Origin: Microcystaceae cyanobacterium
GTDB taxonomy: Bacteria > Cyanobacteriota > Cyanobacteriia > Cyanobacteriales > Microcystaceae
DNA: 64,000 nucleotides
Assembly: GCA_041746575.1 (NCBI GenBank)
Contig: JBGTGT010000055.1
Span: 9,550-73,549 of the forward strand
Reading direction: 5' to 3'
The notes beneath the pieces are model-generated. The model worked only from the letters and a program-made list of their open reading frames with translations, ran no database searches and was not told the DNA's origin. A program made the translations under genes and the position numbers. Position 1 is the stretch's first letter. Each line of letters starts with the position of its first letter. Shown piece by piece: positions 31,151 through 42,800 of the stretch.

Positions 31151-33385
31151 ATGACTCACCCATTATGTATCGCTTTTATTTGGCATCAACATCAACCCCT
31201 CTACAAATCTCGTCAAGCGAGTACTGATATCACCGGACAATATCGTTTGCCTTGGGTGCGTCTGCATGGCGTTAAGGATTATTTGGATCTAATCTTGATT
31301 TTAGAAAAATATCCCAAGTTACATCAAACAGTCAACTTAGTTCCCTCTTTAATCCTGCAATTAGAAGATTACGCTCAAGGACTAGCGATTGATCCCTATC
31401 TTGCTTTAACGGTTACCCCCGAAGTTCAGCTAAATCTAGGGCAAAAACAAGCAATTCTCAGCAATTTCTTTGACGCAAACCACCGTACTCTCATCGACCC
31501 CCATCCCCGTTACCGCGAATTGTACGAAGTTCGACAAGAAAAAGGCATAGCTTGGTGCTTAGAAAACTTTACTCCTCAAGATTACAGTGATTTGTTAATG
31601 TGGCATAATCTTGCTTGGATTGATCCCCTCTTTTGGTCAGATCCGGTTATTGAAACTTGGTTGAAACAAGATAGAAACTTTAGTTTAAGCGATCGCCAGC
31701 GTATTATTGCCAAACATCGGGAGATTATTCAGCAAATTCTGCCGAAACATCGTCAAATGCAGGAATCTGGACAATTAGAAATTACGACAACCCCTTATAC
31801 TCATCCCATTTTACCTTTACTGGCCGATACAAATTCAGCGCGCGTCGCTATTCCTGAAATTGGCTTACCGAAATATCGCTTCCAATGGGCAGAAGATATT
31901 CCGAGACATTTATACAAAGCCAGAGAGATATATCGAGATCGCTTCGGAGTAGCTCCTAGAGGGTTGTGGCCGTCTGAACAGTCCGTTAGTCCTACCATTT
32001 TATCCTATATTGCCCAAGCCGGTTTTCAATGGTTATGTTCTGATGAGGCAGTGCTAGGATGGAGTTTCAGCCACTTTTTCCAACGCGATGAAGTGGGAAA
32101 TGTGAATCAACCCGAAATCTTGTATCGTCCTTATCGTTTAGGCACTGCTCACGGAGATTTATCGCTGGTCTTTCGGGATCATCGTTTATCGGATTTAATC
32201 GGCTTCAGCTATAGTGCAATGGACGTAGAAGAAGCAAGTGATGATTTAGTAGGTCATTTAGAGTCTATTTATCGTTCTTATCGCAATTTTAGCCAAATAG
32301 ATGCCACCCCTTGGTTAGTCACGATTGCGTTAGATGGGGAAAACTGTTGGGAAAGTTACGAAAAAGATGGTTTGCCTTTCCTAGAAAAACTCTATCAGCA
32401 ACTGAGCGAGAGTCAACACCTAAAACTGGTAACTGTCTCTGAATATCTGGCTAAATACCCTCCTAAGGTAGAAATTCCCTGTCAACAGTTACATAGCGGC
32501 TCTTGGGTCGATGGCAGTTTTACGACATGGATTGGCGATCCCGTTAAAAATAAGGCATGGGAGTTACTGGGTGCGGCTAGAGAAGTCCTAGCAAGTCATC
32601 CCGAAGCTACAGAAGCGAATAATCCTGAAGTCTGGGAAGCATTATACGCCGCCGAAGGGTCGGATTGGTTTTGGTGGTTTGGCGAAGGTCATTCCTCGAA
32701 TCATGATGCCATGTTTGATCAATTGTTCCGAGAACATCTCTGGGCAATCTACACCGCATTAAATGAACCCATTCCTGCTAATTTACGTCAACCCCTTGAA
32801 GATCACCATCGTAAGCGAGATTATCGTCCTGAAGGGTTTATTCATCCCGTTATTGATGGTTACGGAGACGAACAAGACTGGGATAAGGCAGGAAAAATCG
32901 AAATTGGTGGAGCTTCTGGAACAATGCACCGCGCAAGTGCCGCACAAAGGCTTTACTTTGGCTTAGATCATCTCAAATTCTATTTACGGATTGATTTTAA
33001 ACGAGGGATCAAACCGGGCAGAGACTTCCCTAACGAGTTACACTTGCTATGGTATTATCCCGACCTTCATCATGCCATTTCCCCAGCACCGATTGCTAAT
33101 ATTCCTAACAAACCCCCCATTAATTACTTATTTCGTCACCATGTTGGCATTGATCTTGTTTCTCAGTTGTCATGGTTTCAAGAAGCGCAACCTGATATCT
33201 TCTGGCAAGCAAAAACCCATCGTACCCAAGTGGCAATGGAGCAATGTTTAGAAATTGGAATTAATTGGGCAGATTTACAGATCAAACCCGATTCTCCCTT
33301 GCATTTAGTGGTAGTTTCAGCGGAGGATGGCGAATTCCGAGAAATGATTTTAGAAGATAAATTGGTAATGCTACAAGTGCCTTAA
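31151..33385 (+). CDS. Glycoside hydrolase family 57
   Basis: WHQHQP, HPILPLL, GLWPSE, ALDGENCWE, AEGSDWFWW. Confidence 0.9.
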   Translation: MTHPLCIAFIWHQHQPLYKSRQASTDITGQYRLPWVRLHGVKDYLDLILILEKYPKLHQTVNLVPSLILQLEDYAQGLAIDPYLALTVTPEVQLNLGQKQAILSNFFDANHRTLIDPHPRYRELYEVRQEKGIAWCLENFTPQDYSDLLMWHNLAWIDPLFWSDPVIETWLKQDRNFSLSDRQRIIAKHREIIQQILPKHRQMQESGQLEITTTPYTHPILPLLADTNSARVAIPEIGLPKYRFQWAEDIPRHLYKAREIYRDRFGVAPRGLWPSEQSVSPTILSYIAQAGFQWLCSDEAVLGWSFSHFFQRDEVGNVNQPEILYRPYRLGTAHGDLSLVFRDHRLSDLIGFSYSAMDVEEASDDLVGHLESIYRSYRNFSQIDATPWLVTIALDGENCWESYEKDGLPFLEKLYQQLSESQHLKLVTVSEYLAKYPPKVEIPCQQLHSGSWVDGSFTTWIGDPVKNKAWELLGAAREVLASHPEATEANNPEVWEALYAAEGSDWFWWFGEGHSSNHDAMFDQLFREHLWAIYTALNEPIPANLRQPLEDHHRKRDYRPEGFIHPVIDGYGDEQDWDKAGKIEIGGASGTMHRASAAQRLYFGLDHLKFYLRIDFKRGIKPGRDFPNELHLLWYYPDLHHAISPAPIANIPNKPPINYLFRHHVGIDLVSQLSWFQEAQPDIFWQAKTHRTQVAMEQCLEIGINWADLQIKPDSPLHLVVVSAEDGEFREMILEDKLVMLQVP

Positions 33386-33429
33386 AAAAATGAGACAGAA
33401 TACCCTCTTAATCCTATCTAAATGGAGCA

Positions 33430-33910
33430 AGAGGACTCCCGCTACACCGAGGGTTAGCAGAGAATCCCATCAATAAACAGACTGGGTTGCGCAACGTTCT
33501 GTCAGGAGAAAGCTTACGCAGTTTGATATTGTGTGTAGAATTAATTATGATGAAAAGGTATCCACATTTTGCACGAGCATGTTGACGCTAACTTACGAGT
33601 ACAAGCTAATCTCAGATAGACAGCAAATTGAGGTCATCGAAAACACCTTAAATGTTTGCCGTTCAGTTTGGAATTATGCTCTAAGAGAACGTAAAGATTG
33701 GCTCTTGTCTCGTAAATTTCCTGTAAATACTGGCTCTGTAAAACAAGAATATATTATCCCTGTTGACACCGCTTATCCTAATTACCACAATCAAGCTAAA
33801 GCCTTAGCAGAAGAGAAGAAAACTAACGATTAGTTTGAAAAGCAGGAAACTGAAATGCGAGTTTAAGAATCCCCCGTCGAGGGTGTAGCTTGACGGCTGG
33901 AGTATGTTAA
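33430..33910 (+). mobile_element. Internally deleted IS200/IS605 element (tnpB 5' fragment 33579..33833 plus right end)
   Basis: MLTLTYEYKL...CRSVWNYALRERKDW; then AAGAATCCCCCGTC...GACGGCTGGAGTATGTTAA right-end-like hairpin; left boundary approximate. Confidence 0.75.
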
Positions 33911-33972
33911 TAGTATTTATTAAGTTTCACGGAGTTCTTTCGACATTGTAGTCATCTAGTTTTTATTAGGAA

Positions 33973-35007
33973 TTAACTTTCCGTCATGACTCGTAGGCGA
34001 ATGGTGATTTCTCCACTTTCATCTAATTGAACTTCAATCATCTCCCCAGATAGGGTTTCTAACGCCGTTAAAAGCGATCGCAGATTGGGATTACTTGCCC
34101 CGGTATCCACATATAAGCGATCGGCTAACTTGCCAATTCGTTTCCAAGTAGTGTAAAGTTTTCCGACCATTTGTTCGAGTTGAGTCGCTTGCTTAACCAA
34201 ATCAGAGGTTGTATTTAAACAATCTAAACGCAGGGCTTCTTCTAAAGCCATTTCAATGTCAATGGGGGTTTTTCTTAAGGCTTGAACTTGAGCGGCGGCA
34301 TCTAAATATTTGGCTAAATTACGGGCAGAAGTCGTTAGGGTTTTCGCCGTATCCACATCAGGACTTTCTTGAATCTCTTTCTGAATGGCGGCTAAATGGG
34401 TACTGGGCAACTTTTCTAATTCTTTGACGAGTGGGGCAAGATAACGGGCAGGAAGCGTTCCATCTGAGGCTTTTTCTTTGACTTCCGTGGGCAATAATTC
34501 AGAACTCATGGCAGTCCATTCATCGGATAATTGTTTCACTTCCCGACGAGTAATGCGATCGCCTTTTTGAGCGGCTTCACTGACTAATTGTTGAATTTCG
34601 GGGGACGATTTAGCCGTTTCGACGAAGGCATTTTTACTAAAATTATTAATACTAGCCGGATCAAGTAATCCTTCTGCTAACAAGGTATCCGCACTATTAG
34701 CCAATTGAATCAGAGAATAAGCTTGAGATTTAGTAATTTCCCGTTGTTTTAGCCAATTTAAGAAACCGGTTCCCCGTCCATCCCCTCCTTGCTTTTCTCG
34801 ATCTCGAATTGCCCTTAAAATACGCCCGCGCCAGATATCGGTTTGTAAGTCGAAGCGATCGCACACTTTCCAAATAGCATCGAGTTGTTGCTGAAAATCG
34901 TGTTCTTGTAGGTCTTCATCTTCAGGATCCGGCAATTGGAAGTTAAAGTCAACTGGGGTATCTAAGGCTTCAGCAATCTCTTGCGGGGAAGGGGAAAGGT
35001 GGGTCAT
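33973..35007 (-). CDS. Conserved cyanobacterial hypothetical protein
   Basis: 344-aa ORF, CDRFDLQTDIWRGRILRA motif. Confidence 0.75.
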   Translation of the reverse strand: MTHLSPSPQEIAEALDTPVDFNFQLPDPEDEDLQEHDFQQQLDAIWKVCDRFDLQTDIWRGRILRAIRDREKQGGDGRGTGFLNWLKQREITKSQAYSLIQLANSADTLLAEGLLDPASINNFSKNAFVETAKSSPEIQQLVSEAAQKGDRITRREVKQLSDEWTAMSSELLPTEVKEKASDGTLPARYLAPLVKELEKLPSTHLAAIQKEIQESPDVDTAKTLTTSARNLAKYLDAAAQVQALRKTPIDIEMALEEALRLDCLNTTSDLVKQATQLEQMVGKLYTTWKRIGKLADRLYVDTGASNPNLRSLLTALETLSGEMIEVQLDESGEITIRLRVMTES

Positions 35008-35173
35008 AAAAAGGAATCGGTGAAAAATATCAGACAGCTAAAATTCGGATCATTATTGTAGCAGTAACCTGTTATTCGGTGATCAACGACCTGAAGGCGT
35101 CCTTTTTTGACTGACTGGGAGAGCGCGTTTTTGTTAGAATTACGGGGTGAAAATCTAAGAATCATTGAACCTG

Positions 35174-36601
35174 ATGGAAAATTCATGGCAGAAACTTTTG
35201 AACTTTTTAAGGTATCCGCTTTTTAAAGTTGGTGATAGTATTTTTACCCTCATTTCACTGGCGGATTTACTCATTTTGCTCTTTTTAGTTTATGGGTTTG
35301 CCCGCTTAACAAAATGGATAGCCAAACGGTGGTTACTCGCCCGTTTAGGAGTAGATGATCTAGGCAGTCAAGAAGCGATCGCTAAATTATTAGCATACAT
35401 TGTTGCCATTCTCGGTTCGATTTTAGGCTTAAGAATTGTCGGGGTTAATCTGACTTCTTTAGCGGTTGTTTTGGGGGGATTGGGTATTGGAATTGGTTTT
35501 GGTTTACAAGAGATCACCAGAGATTTTATCAGTGGCTTAATTTTACTTTTGGATCGTTCGGTTAAAGTAAACGATTATATTCAGTTGGCAGAAAATAACG
35601 GGTTTAAAGAAGTTAAAGGATTGATCAAAAATATCTCTTTTCTAGTGACAATCATTGAAGTCGACAATGGAGGAAATTTAATCATTCCCAATAATGCCAT
35701 TGTGTCTGCACCTGTCTTAAATTGGAGTTACGGCACCTCTCAAACCCTACTTGAAATTCCGATTAAAGTTCAACCCAATACAGATTTAGTTCTCTTGGCA
35801 GAAACGGTTTTAAAGGTAGCTTATCGTAATCCGAATATTTTAGCCGAACCTGCACCTCAATGGATTTTTAAGAAAATTGAAAGCAGTTACTGGGAGTTTG
35901 TTCTACAAGTCTGGATTAGAGATGTTCGGGATCAAGATAATATTATCAGTGCGCTGAATTACACGATTGAGTATTATTTACGTCAACAACGAATTCAATT
36001 AGCTTTTCCCACGCAACGCTTTCTATTCGATACGCCACCTACCTCACCGATTTTACTAGAAGGGAATGGTTTAACGATCAATAAAGAAATTTCAGTCCGC
36101 GATTTACTGAAACAGATGGTTTATTTCAATACTCTTAATGAATTAGAATTGCGCCAATTAGTTGAGATTGGTTATCATCGTTATTTAAAGACAGAAGAAA
36201 TTTTGTTTGATGAAGGAGATCCGGGGGATGCTTTTTATATTATTTTAGAAGGACGGGTAGAAATTTTTGTTTCTAAGATTAATAAGCAATTAGCGATTCT
36301 AGAAAAAGGAGCATTCTTTGGAGAATTAGCCCTCTTATTAGGCATTCCAAGAACAGCTTCAGTTAAGGCAATAGTGCCAACCACTTTATTTGCTATTGAT
36401 AAGATTAAATTCCAAAATCTGTTACAAAGTTATCCCGATATGGCTGAAATTATTATGAATAGTTTAGCCGGACATCAAGAAGAATTAACCCTGCGTCAAA
36501 AAGAATTACGAAAAATGGGACTGATTGATGAAAACGAAGACGATACAAATCCGGTGACTTGGATGCGAAAACGATTAGGAAAGTTATTTTTGAATAAATA
36601 A
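35174..36601 (+). CDS. MscS mechanosensitive channel with cNMP-binding domain
   Basis: GIGIGFGLQ, IIPN, EGDPGDAFYII, FFGELALL..PRTASV. Confidence 0.9.
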   Translation: MENSWQKLLNFLRYPLFKVGDSIFTLISLADLLILLFLVYGFARLTKWIAKRWLLARLGVDDLGSQEAIAKLLAYIVAILGSILGLRIVGVNLTSLAVVLGGLGIGIGFGLQEITRDFISGLILLLDRSVKVNDYIQLAENNGFKEVKGLIKNISFLVTIIEVDNGGNLIIPNNAIVSAPVLNWSYGTSQTLLEIPIKVQPNTDLVLLAETVLKVAYRNPNILAEPAPQWIFKKIESSYWEFVLQVWIRDVRDQDNIISALNYTIEYYLRQQRIQLAFPTQRFLFDTPPTSPILLEGNGLTINKEISVRDLLKQMVYFNTLNELELRQLVEIGYHRYLKTEEILFDEGDPGDAFYIILEGRVEIFVSKINKQLAILEKGAFFGELALLLGIPRTASVKAIVPTTLFAIDKIKFQNLLQSYPDMAEIIMNSLAGHQEELTLRQKELRKMGLIDENEDDTNPVTWMRKRLGKLFLNK

Positions 36602-36644
36602 TTTTATAAGGATGTTCTGATAAATTGTCCCTACGTTATTGGTA

Positions 36645-36809
36645 AACGTGAGTTCGACAATTAGAAAATCTACGAGACTTCTTTATTTAATTTTTTTGTG
36701 CAGGGAGTTTGGGGGGCTAGTCCCCCAATTAAGAATTTGTTTTTCTTTTCCTAATCCCAATGAGAATGAATAAAAGGATTGAGATAATTGCCCTCGTCGA
36801 ACTCACGTT
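36645..36809. mobile_element. 165-bp MITE-like element
   Basis: 14-bp perfect terminal inverted repeats AACGTGAGTTCGAC / GTCGAACTCACGTT; internal hairpin TTGGGGG...CCCCCAA. Confidence 0.7.
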
Positions 36810-36817
36810 GATTAAGA

Positions 36818-37408
36818 TTAAAAATCTACTTCATCCGCAAAACTTGCCCAACGGCGAAAATAAAATGCCCCTGCAATTGAACCCCAAATCAATTCATCTG
36901 TTTCAGGATCATAACCCCGATCTAAACTAATTAGTTCGTCTTCATTAACTTCAAAACTATTATCTAAATAGGTGGTTTTATTATTGCGAACGACGAGACA
37001 ATTTTTACCCGGTTTAACGACTCCTTTAAAGTGCGTTCCAGTCCATGTTACCGTCATATCGCACCCCGATAACTTTTCGATATTCTCAGCCGTTAATTGC
37101 TTCAATCGTTCTGGCTCTCGCGCCGCCCCATAAAATTTTTCTTCTTCTTTAACTTTATAATTTTCCCATTCAATACGCTCATCGACAATCTTCAGTTTAA
37201 AAACCCTTAAACGATAAGGACGGTTTAGCATGAAATCATAAGCTTGCTCTAAAAATAAAGCGGGTTCGCCCAGTTGGGCAAGGGATAAAGGACGAACACA
37301 TACCCGTATATTGGCATATAAAGGGGGATTAGCAAAAGCTTGTTCTTGATTGCTAAAGTCTGCCGCCATCCAACGGGCTAAGGTTCTAATGTCGGTTGCG
37401 TGAGGCAT
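36818..37408 (-). CDS. cpcT: CpcT/CpeT phycobiliprotein lyase
   Basis: LARWMAADFSNQEQAFANPP, PYRLRV, DRGYDPET. Confidence 0.9.
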   Translation of the reverse strand: MPHATDIRTLARWMAADFSNQEQAFANPPLYANIRVCVRPLSLAQLGEPALFLEQAYDFMLNRPYRLRVFKLKIVDERIEWENYKVKEEEKFYGAAREPERLKQLTAENIEKLSGCDMTVTWTGTHFKGVVKPGKNCLVVRNNKTTYLDNSFEVNEDELISLDRGYDPETDELIWGSIAGAFYFRRWASFADEVDF

Positions 37409-37472
37409 GAAAGCAAATCGGTAACTATGGTTGTTTATTTTACCCTATGACGGTTATTTTCATTGCAGTTTA

Positions 37473-38027
37473 TTAAGGTTGGCTTTGTTCAATGACGGTT
37501 TGAGTCGGTTGTAAGAGTTCGCTGGGTTTTAATCCTACTCTGTGAACGATAAATAGAGAACTTCCCGCAAAAAGAGCGATAACTGCGACTAAACTACCGG
37601 TTAACATCCTGACTTGCTTACGTAAAGTTTGAACTTCTCGCAATTTTGCTTGGACTTCGGGGGGAGATAATTGACGATCAATAATGGTAACCGGCGCGAT
37701 CGGTTCTTTTTTAAATTCTACCAGAGAATAAAGGTAATTCGCCACTAATTTGGGACAGTAAGCTTGAAAAATTCGCACTGCTAAAATAAGAATCAGGGGT
37801 TTAGAAGAGGAAGCAATCAATTTTAATAAAGGACTCACCACTTTTAAAGGAATTTTTTGATTGACTAGATTGATGGTGCCAACATCATAAAGATTTCCTA
37901 AAATGAGCCTAGCAGTTGCTGTTTCGCGTTTGAAAAGATTATCTAATAATAATAAAACATCTCGCATTTTTTCCTGTTCTTGTGCTTGTTCTTGCAAACT
38001 GGGAATCGGTTTAATGAGCTTAGACAT
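37473..38027 (-). CDS. Hypothetical membrane protein
   Basis: 184-aa ORF, LYDVGTINL motif, C-terminal TM. Confidence 0.7.
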   Translation of the reverse strand: MSKLIKPIPSLQEQAQEQEKMRDVLLLLDNLFKRETATARLILGNLYDVGTINLVNQKIPLKVVSPLLKLIASSSKPLILILAVRIFQAYCPKLVANYLYSLVEFKKEPIAPVTIIDRQLSPPEVQAKLREVQTLRKQVRMLTGSLVAVIALFAGSSLFIVHRVGLKPSELLQPTQTVIEQSQP

Positions 38028-38203
38028 AAAAAATTAAGTAATTGTAAACTTCGTCAGTTTTATGATCACCATTCTCTTCTAAAATGACGAATTCTGCACT
38101 TTTTGACATTGATCTATCGGAAGAATGACCGTTATTTGATGCTTGAATTACATCATTTCGATGCAAAAAATGCCTTTTTATGCTTGCGTGACAATTTCAT
38201 CTT

Positions 38204-38313
38204 TCAAAACAGGTAAAACGTCGTGCCAACCCCAACGACACTCTCAATCTCAATTGTGCCTTGACAGGCTTCTACACAACGCTGAACAATGGCCAAACCA
38301 ATCCATTACCGAG
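38204..38313 (-). pseudogene. Orphan 3' tail of a histidine kinase (HATPase_c G2 box)
   Basis: GNGL(frameshift)LAIVQRCVEACQGTIEIESVVGVGTTFYLF*. Confidence 0.7.
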
Positions 38314-38466
38314 GATCAGTCGCACACGAATTAGGCTGGTTAAAACTATAGGGCGATTGTCACCTTTTCTTCTACCTTAACGTAAACAGGAACTATCTTT
38401 ATTATATTTTTTTGAGGGTTTAGCGGCTGAGAAAATTTAATAAAGCGATCGCACATTTGTACGGTC

Positions 38467-38487
38467 AAAAGCCTACCAAAGTAGGCT
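38467..38487 (-). terminator. Intrinsic terminator after the YlqD-family gene
   Basis: AGCCTAC-TTTG-GTAGGCT then TTT on minus strand. Confidence 0.6.
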
Positions 38488-38517
38488 AAGGAAGGGAATG
38501 AGGAAAGTCACTAACTT

Positions 38518-38964
38518 CTACAATTCGCCACGAATTTCTTCGACCATGCCATCTCTAACGAGGACTTCAACCGATAGCTTTTTAACCAAGTTATCACCTT
38601 TTTCGAGACGAAAGAAGCTCTCCATTTGGGCTTGGACGACTTCCTGATTCAGTTCAACTAATTGAACTTGTTGCATTTGTTGGAGAAATTGGTTTTTTTG
38701 TTGCAACAGTTCATTCTTTTTCTGATTGATTTGGGATTGAATATTGTCAATTTGTTGTTGAGTTTGAGGTCCGATGGGAATCGTACTTTGTTTCTGAATT
38801 TCTGAAATCATGCGTTGCCCTTGGGCATCGAGTTGTTGCATTTGACTATCAATTTGATTGATTTGTAGCTGTAGCTGTTGCTGTGCCTCTTCTTTCCATG
38901 TTGGGGTTACAATCACTTTAATCGGAATGACTCGTTTTAAGGTTAAATACTTGGTTTCTTCCAT
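38518..38964 (-). CDS. YlqD-family protein
   Basis: LKRVIPIKVIVTPTWKEE, Q-rich coil, GDNL..VEVLVRDG. Confidence 0.85.
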   Translation of the reverse strand: MEETKYLTLKRVIPIKVIVTPTWKEEAQQQLQLQINQIDSQMQQLDAQGQRMISEIQKQSTIPIGPQTQQQIDNIQSQINQKKNELLQQKNQFLQQMQQVQLVELNQEVVQAQMESFFRLEKGDNLVKKLSVEVLVRDGMVEEIRGEL

Positions 38965-39151
38965 GATTTTTTGATCCTGAGTAAGCAAATGGGTTAAGAC
39001 TGACCTGTTATATCATCAATGATGTTCTGCCATTTGACAAGTAAGGCTATTATCTTCAGCGACTGGCTAAGAGGCGAGCGTCTCAGTCTTCAGTCCAAAA
39101 ACAGAGGGGAAGGGAAAAAGGACGCAACTTCTGCGCCCCTGAGTTAAATTG

Positions 39152-39475
39152 TTAAGCTTGATCGCTTTTTTGGGGAGAAATTACGAATTTATACAATCCG
39201 TAGAAAATAATCGCCAAAATACCTAAACTAATCAAGGAGGCGACTAATTTTAAGACCATATTCAAGAGGGAAAAAATCACTAAAATTCCCCCAATGACGA
39301 CTATTGCTTTGATGGGGGTGGACAGGCCTTGATACCACAAGCGAAAGCGGTTAACGGTGGTTTCTAGGGTTTGGGAAGCGTTTTTCAACCGAATGGGGGT
39401 TGTCTCAAAGGTATCGTTTACCTCTTTTTCTAATTCTTCTAATCGTTGTTGCCACTGTTTTTGCTCGTCAGACAT
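39152..39475 (-). CDS. Hypothetical membrane protein
   Basis: 107 aa, two TM helices; hairpin plus T-run downstream. Confidence 0.7.
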   Translation of the reverse strand: MSDEQKQWQQRLEELEKEVNDTFETTPIRLKNASQTLETTVNRFRLWYQGLSTPIKAIVVIGGILVIFSLLNMVLKLVASLISLGILAIIFYGLYKFVISPQKSDQA

Positions 39476-39810
39476 AGGACACTAGGGTGTATCGTGAAAA
39501 GGGTTCTCTTAATAATCTAGATCAACACGCCCCCAAGCGATCGCGCTTTGTTACGTAAAGTTGCGAAGCGGGGAAGTATAATTTAACCTCTTTGAGTTTT
39601 TAAGGAAAATCTTGGCTAAGATTGATTTTTTTGCAAATTCCCGAATTCTTCTCCCTAGTTCCTTCTGATTGCCCTCTGATTCTAAGAATAACGAATTTAT
39701 TTTTTTTGAAGCAAATTGCGAGTTAATATCATACCCCTTTGGGCGCAAACCTTGCACCTTTACCATCACTACCCTATTGATATAAAACAATGAGTCAATA
39801 CATTGAGAAT

Positions 39811-42800
39811 TTATGAGCTTGCCTCCGTATCATCAATAATTGTATCTCGGTCTAACAATAAGAGGTTTCTTAATTGTGCTGTATCTAATTGAGTTAACCA
39901 GTTTTCTCCCGCCTCAATCGTTTGTTCCGCAAGTTGTTTTTTACTTTCTAGCATCTCATTAATTTTCTCTTCTAAAGTGCCGCTACAGACGAATTTATGC
40001 ACTTGAACATTTTGTTTTTGACCAATCCGAAAAGCGCGATCTGTTGCTTGATTTTCTACGGCTGGATTCCACCAACGATCAATATGAAAAACATGATTAG
40101 CGCGAGTTAAATTTAAGCCTGTTCCTCCTGCCTTTAAGGACAAAATAAATAAATGTGGAGCAGAAGGATCATTTTGAAATCGATCTACCATTGCTTGACG
40201 TTGTTCTCGTTTAGTTGCACCGTAAAGCCAGAAAACATCTTGTTTGAATTTCTTTTCTAGATAGGACTTAAGCAGTTTACCCCATTCAGAAAACTGAGTA
40301 AAAATTAAGGCATGATCTCCTTCTTCGATTACTTCTTCTAACATTTCCTCTAATCTTAAAATCTTACCTGATCTGTTACTTTTGTCAAGGCTTTTTTCTT
40401 TATTAAAATGCGCAGGATGATTACAAATTTGTTTTAATTTCATTAGCAGAGTTAGAATTAAACCCTGTCGTTGAATCCCTTCAGCACCCGAAATTGTTGC
40501 TAAGGATTGCTCAACTAACTGTTGATAGAGTTGGGCTTGTTCTTGGGATAAACCACAAAAAACGGTCATTTCTTGCTTTTCGGGTAAATCTTGAATAATA
40601 CTTTTATCCGTTTTCAAGCGGCGAAGAATAAAAGGACGAACTAAAGAACGCAAAATTTGCAAGGATTCTTGATCCCCATATTTTTCAATGGGGGTAGCAA
40701 AACGTCTCTGAAAAAACTGTTTATTCCCTAAAAAGTCAGGATTTAAAAAGTCAAGAATTGACCATAGTTCTGACAAACGATTTTCAACAGGTGTACCTGT
40801 CAAAGCAATCCGAAAACCCGTTGCTAGTTGTCGCACCGCTAGAGATTGTTTTGCTTGAGAATTTTTAATATTTTGTGCTTCGTCTAACACAATTCCTTGC
40901 CAAGAAATGTTGACAAAAGTTTTTAAATCCCGATATACTAAGGCATAACTGGTAATCACAATATCCTTGTCTTTAACCCTACTTGCAAAGGCTTTGCCGC
41001 TGTTTCTATCACTGCCATGATGGACTAAAACGGATAAACTAGGGGCAAATTTTTGAGCTTCCCTTTCCCAATTATTAATCACAGAAGTTGGGCAAACAAT
41101 TAAAGTTGGATTTTCCAGTTTATTTTCGGCTTTAAGATGAAGAAGAAAGCCTAATAATTGTAGGGTTTTCCCTAAACCCATATCATCTGCTAAACAAGCT
41201 CCTAAACCCCATTTTTCTAGAAAAACTAACCAACCAACCCCTCTTCCTTGATAGGGACGAAGCGTTCCTTTAAAACCCATCGGATGGTCAATGGGTTGAA
41301 CGGCTTCATTATTGGTTAAATGATTGAGTAATTCTTGTAAAATTCCAGTTGCTTCAAATTGAACAACAGGCAATTTTGCTAAGGTTTGCGTGACTCCAAT
41401 TTGTAGACGAAGGGCATCTTCAACGGTTAAGTTTTCTGTGGCATAGGATTGATTTAAAATAGATTGTGCCGCTCGAACATCGGCCGGTTGTAAGGCAATC
41501 CACTGTCCATTCACTTGAACTAATGGAGATCTTTGTGCGAGTAATTTATTAAAGTCTTGGATTGAAATTATTTGATCACCTATCAGCAATTTTAAATCGT
41601 AATTTAGTAAACTTTTTAAACTTAAATGTTCTCCTTTTTTGAGCTTCACTTCTGCTTCTAATTTTACCCCTAATCGTCGTTCTGTTGTTCCTTCTGCTAA
41701 ACTGTGGGGCAGGATAACGCCTAAGCCATTATTTTGTAATTGCCATGCAGTTGAGCGTAAAAACTCATAAACTTGAATCGGATCTAAAGAACAATCATAA
41801 GGAATCTCTTGCAAGAGACTATCTGCAATGGGAGAATACAAACGAGAAGCCATTCCTAAGCCTTTTAGGAGGGTTTCTGGCGCATTGTCTAGAATACGAT
41901 TACCCGCCACTAAAGAGGGATTGGGATTATTAAAAATAGCCGCTGAACTGATCAGGCAATTGGGATCATCTAAAGCCTGTAAATGATAAAGGAGTTTCCA
42001 GTTTAACGCTCCTGCTTCTAAAGATGTAATTGAGGGAGGTTCAAGTACTAAGCAAAGACGAAAAGCGTTTCTTTTAAACTGATTATTCTCAAAATTAATA
42101 ATATATTCTTGATAAGAAAATGTCCAATTATAAAGAGAGTTTTTCAGTGTTTTTAGGGATTTAGTTGCCATGTCTAAATCTCCCGATGGATGAGTTAAAG
42201 ATTGTAAAAAAGGTTGAATCATTAGGGGTTTAGTTCCCGTCGAAACCTGCGTAATCCCTTGACGAACTTGAGCATTCAAGATTTCAATTAAAAAATGAGA
42301 GAGAAGAAATTGAGGGTTTAATTCTTCATCCTTATCATCCGATTGGTCTAAGAAGCATTCATAGGCATAACAAGACCTCGGCATTTGCTGGGAAAACTGC
42401 GCCAATCGCGTTTGATCGATGGTACTATCTATTACTGGATACCAATAACTCTGCGGATGTTTAGGATGAACACCCGATAAAAATTTACCTCTCACTACCA
42501 AATCGAGAATCCAGCGATAAACGTGTGTCCAGTATTGTAAATCTTGTCCAATTAACGAGTTATTTTCTAAAAGATTTAAAGGTAAGTTGATCAAAAACTC
42601 AATAGCAACTTCAACGTTTAATCGCATTCCTTCAACTTGCCAAGAAAAATAAGTCAGAGAATTTAAGTCAATATCTTGCTGTAATACAGTTGTGGAAAGT
42701 GTTGGAAAAACTTGATTTTTCTTTTTTGATTCCTGTGTAGGAAGGGTAATAATTTCTTTTTCCCACGTTCCCTGTTTTCTGAATTGAAGACTCTTTTTTA

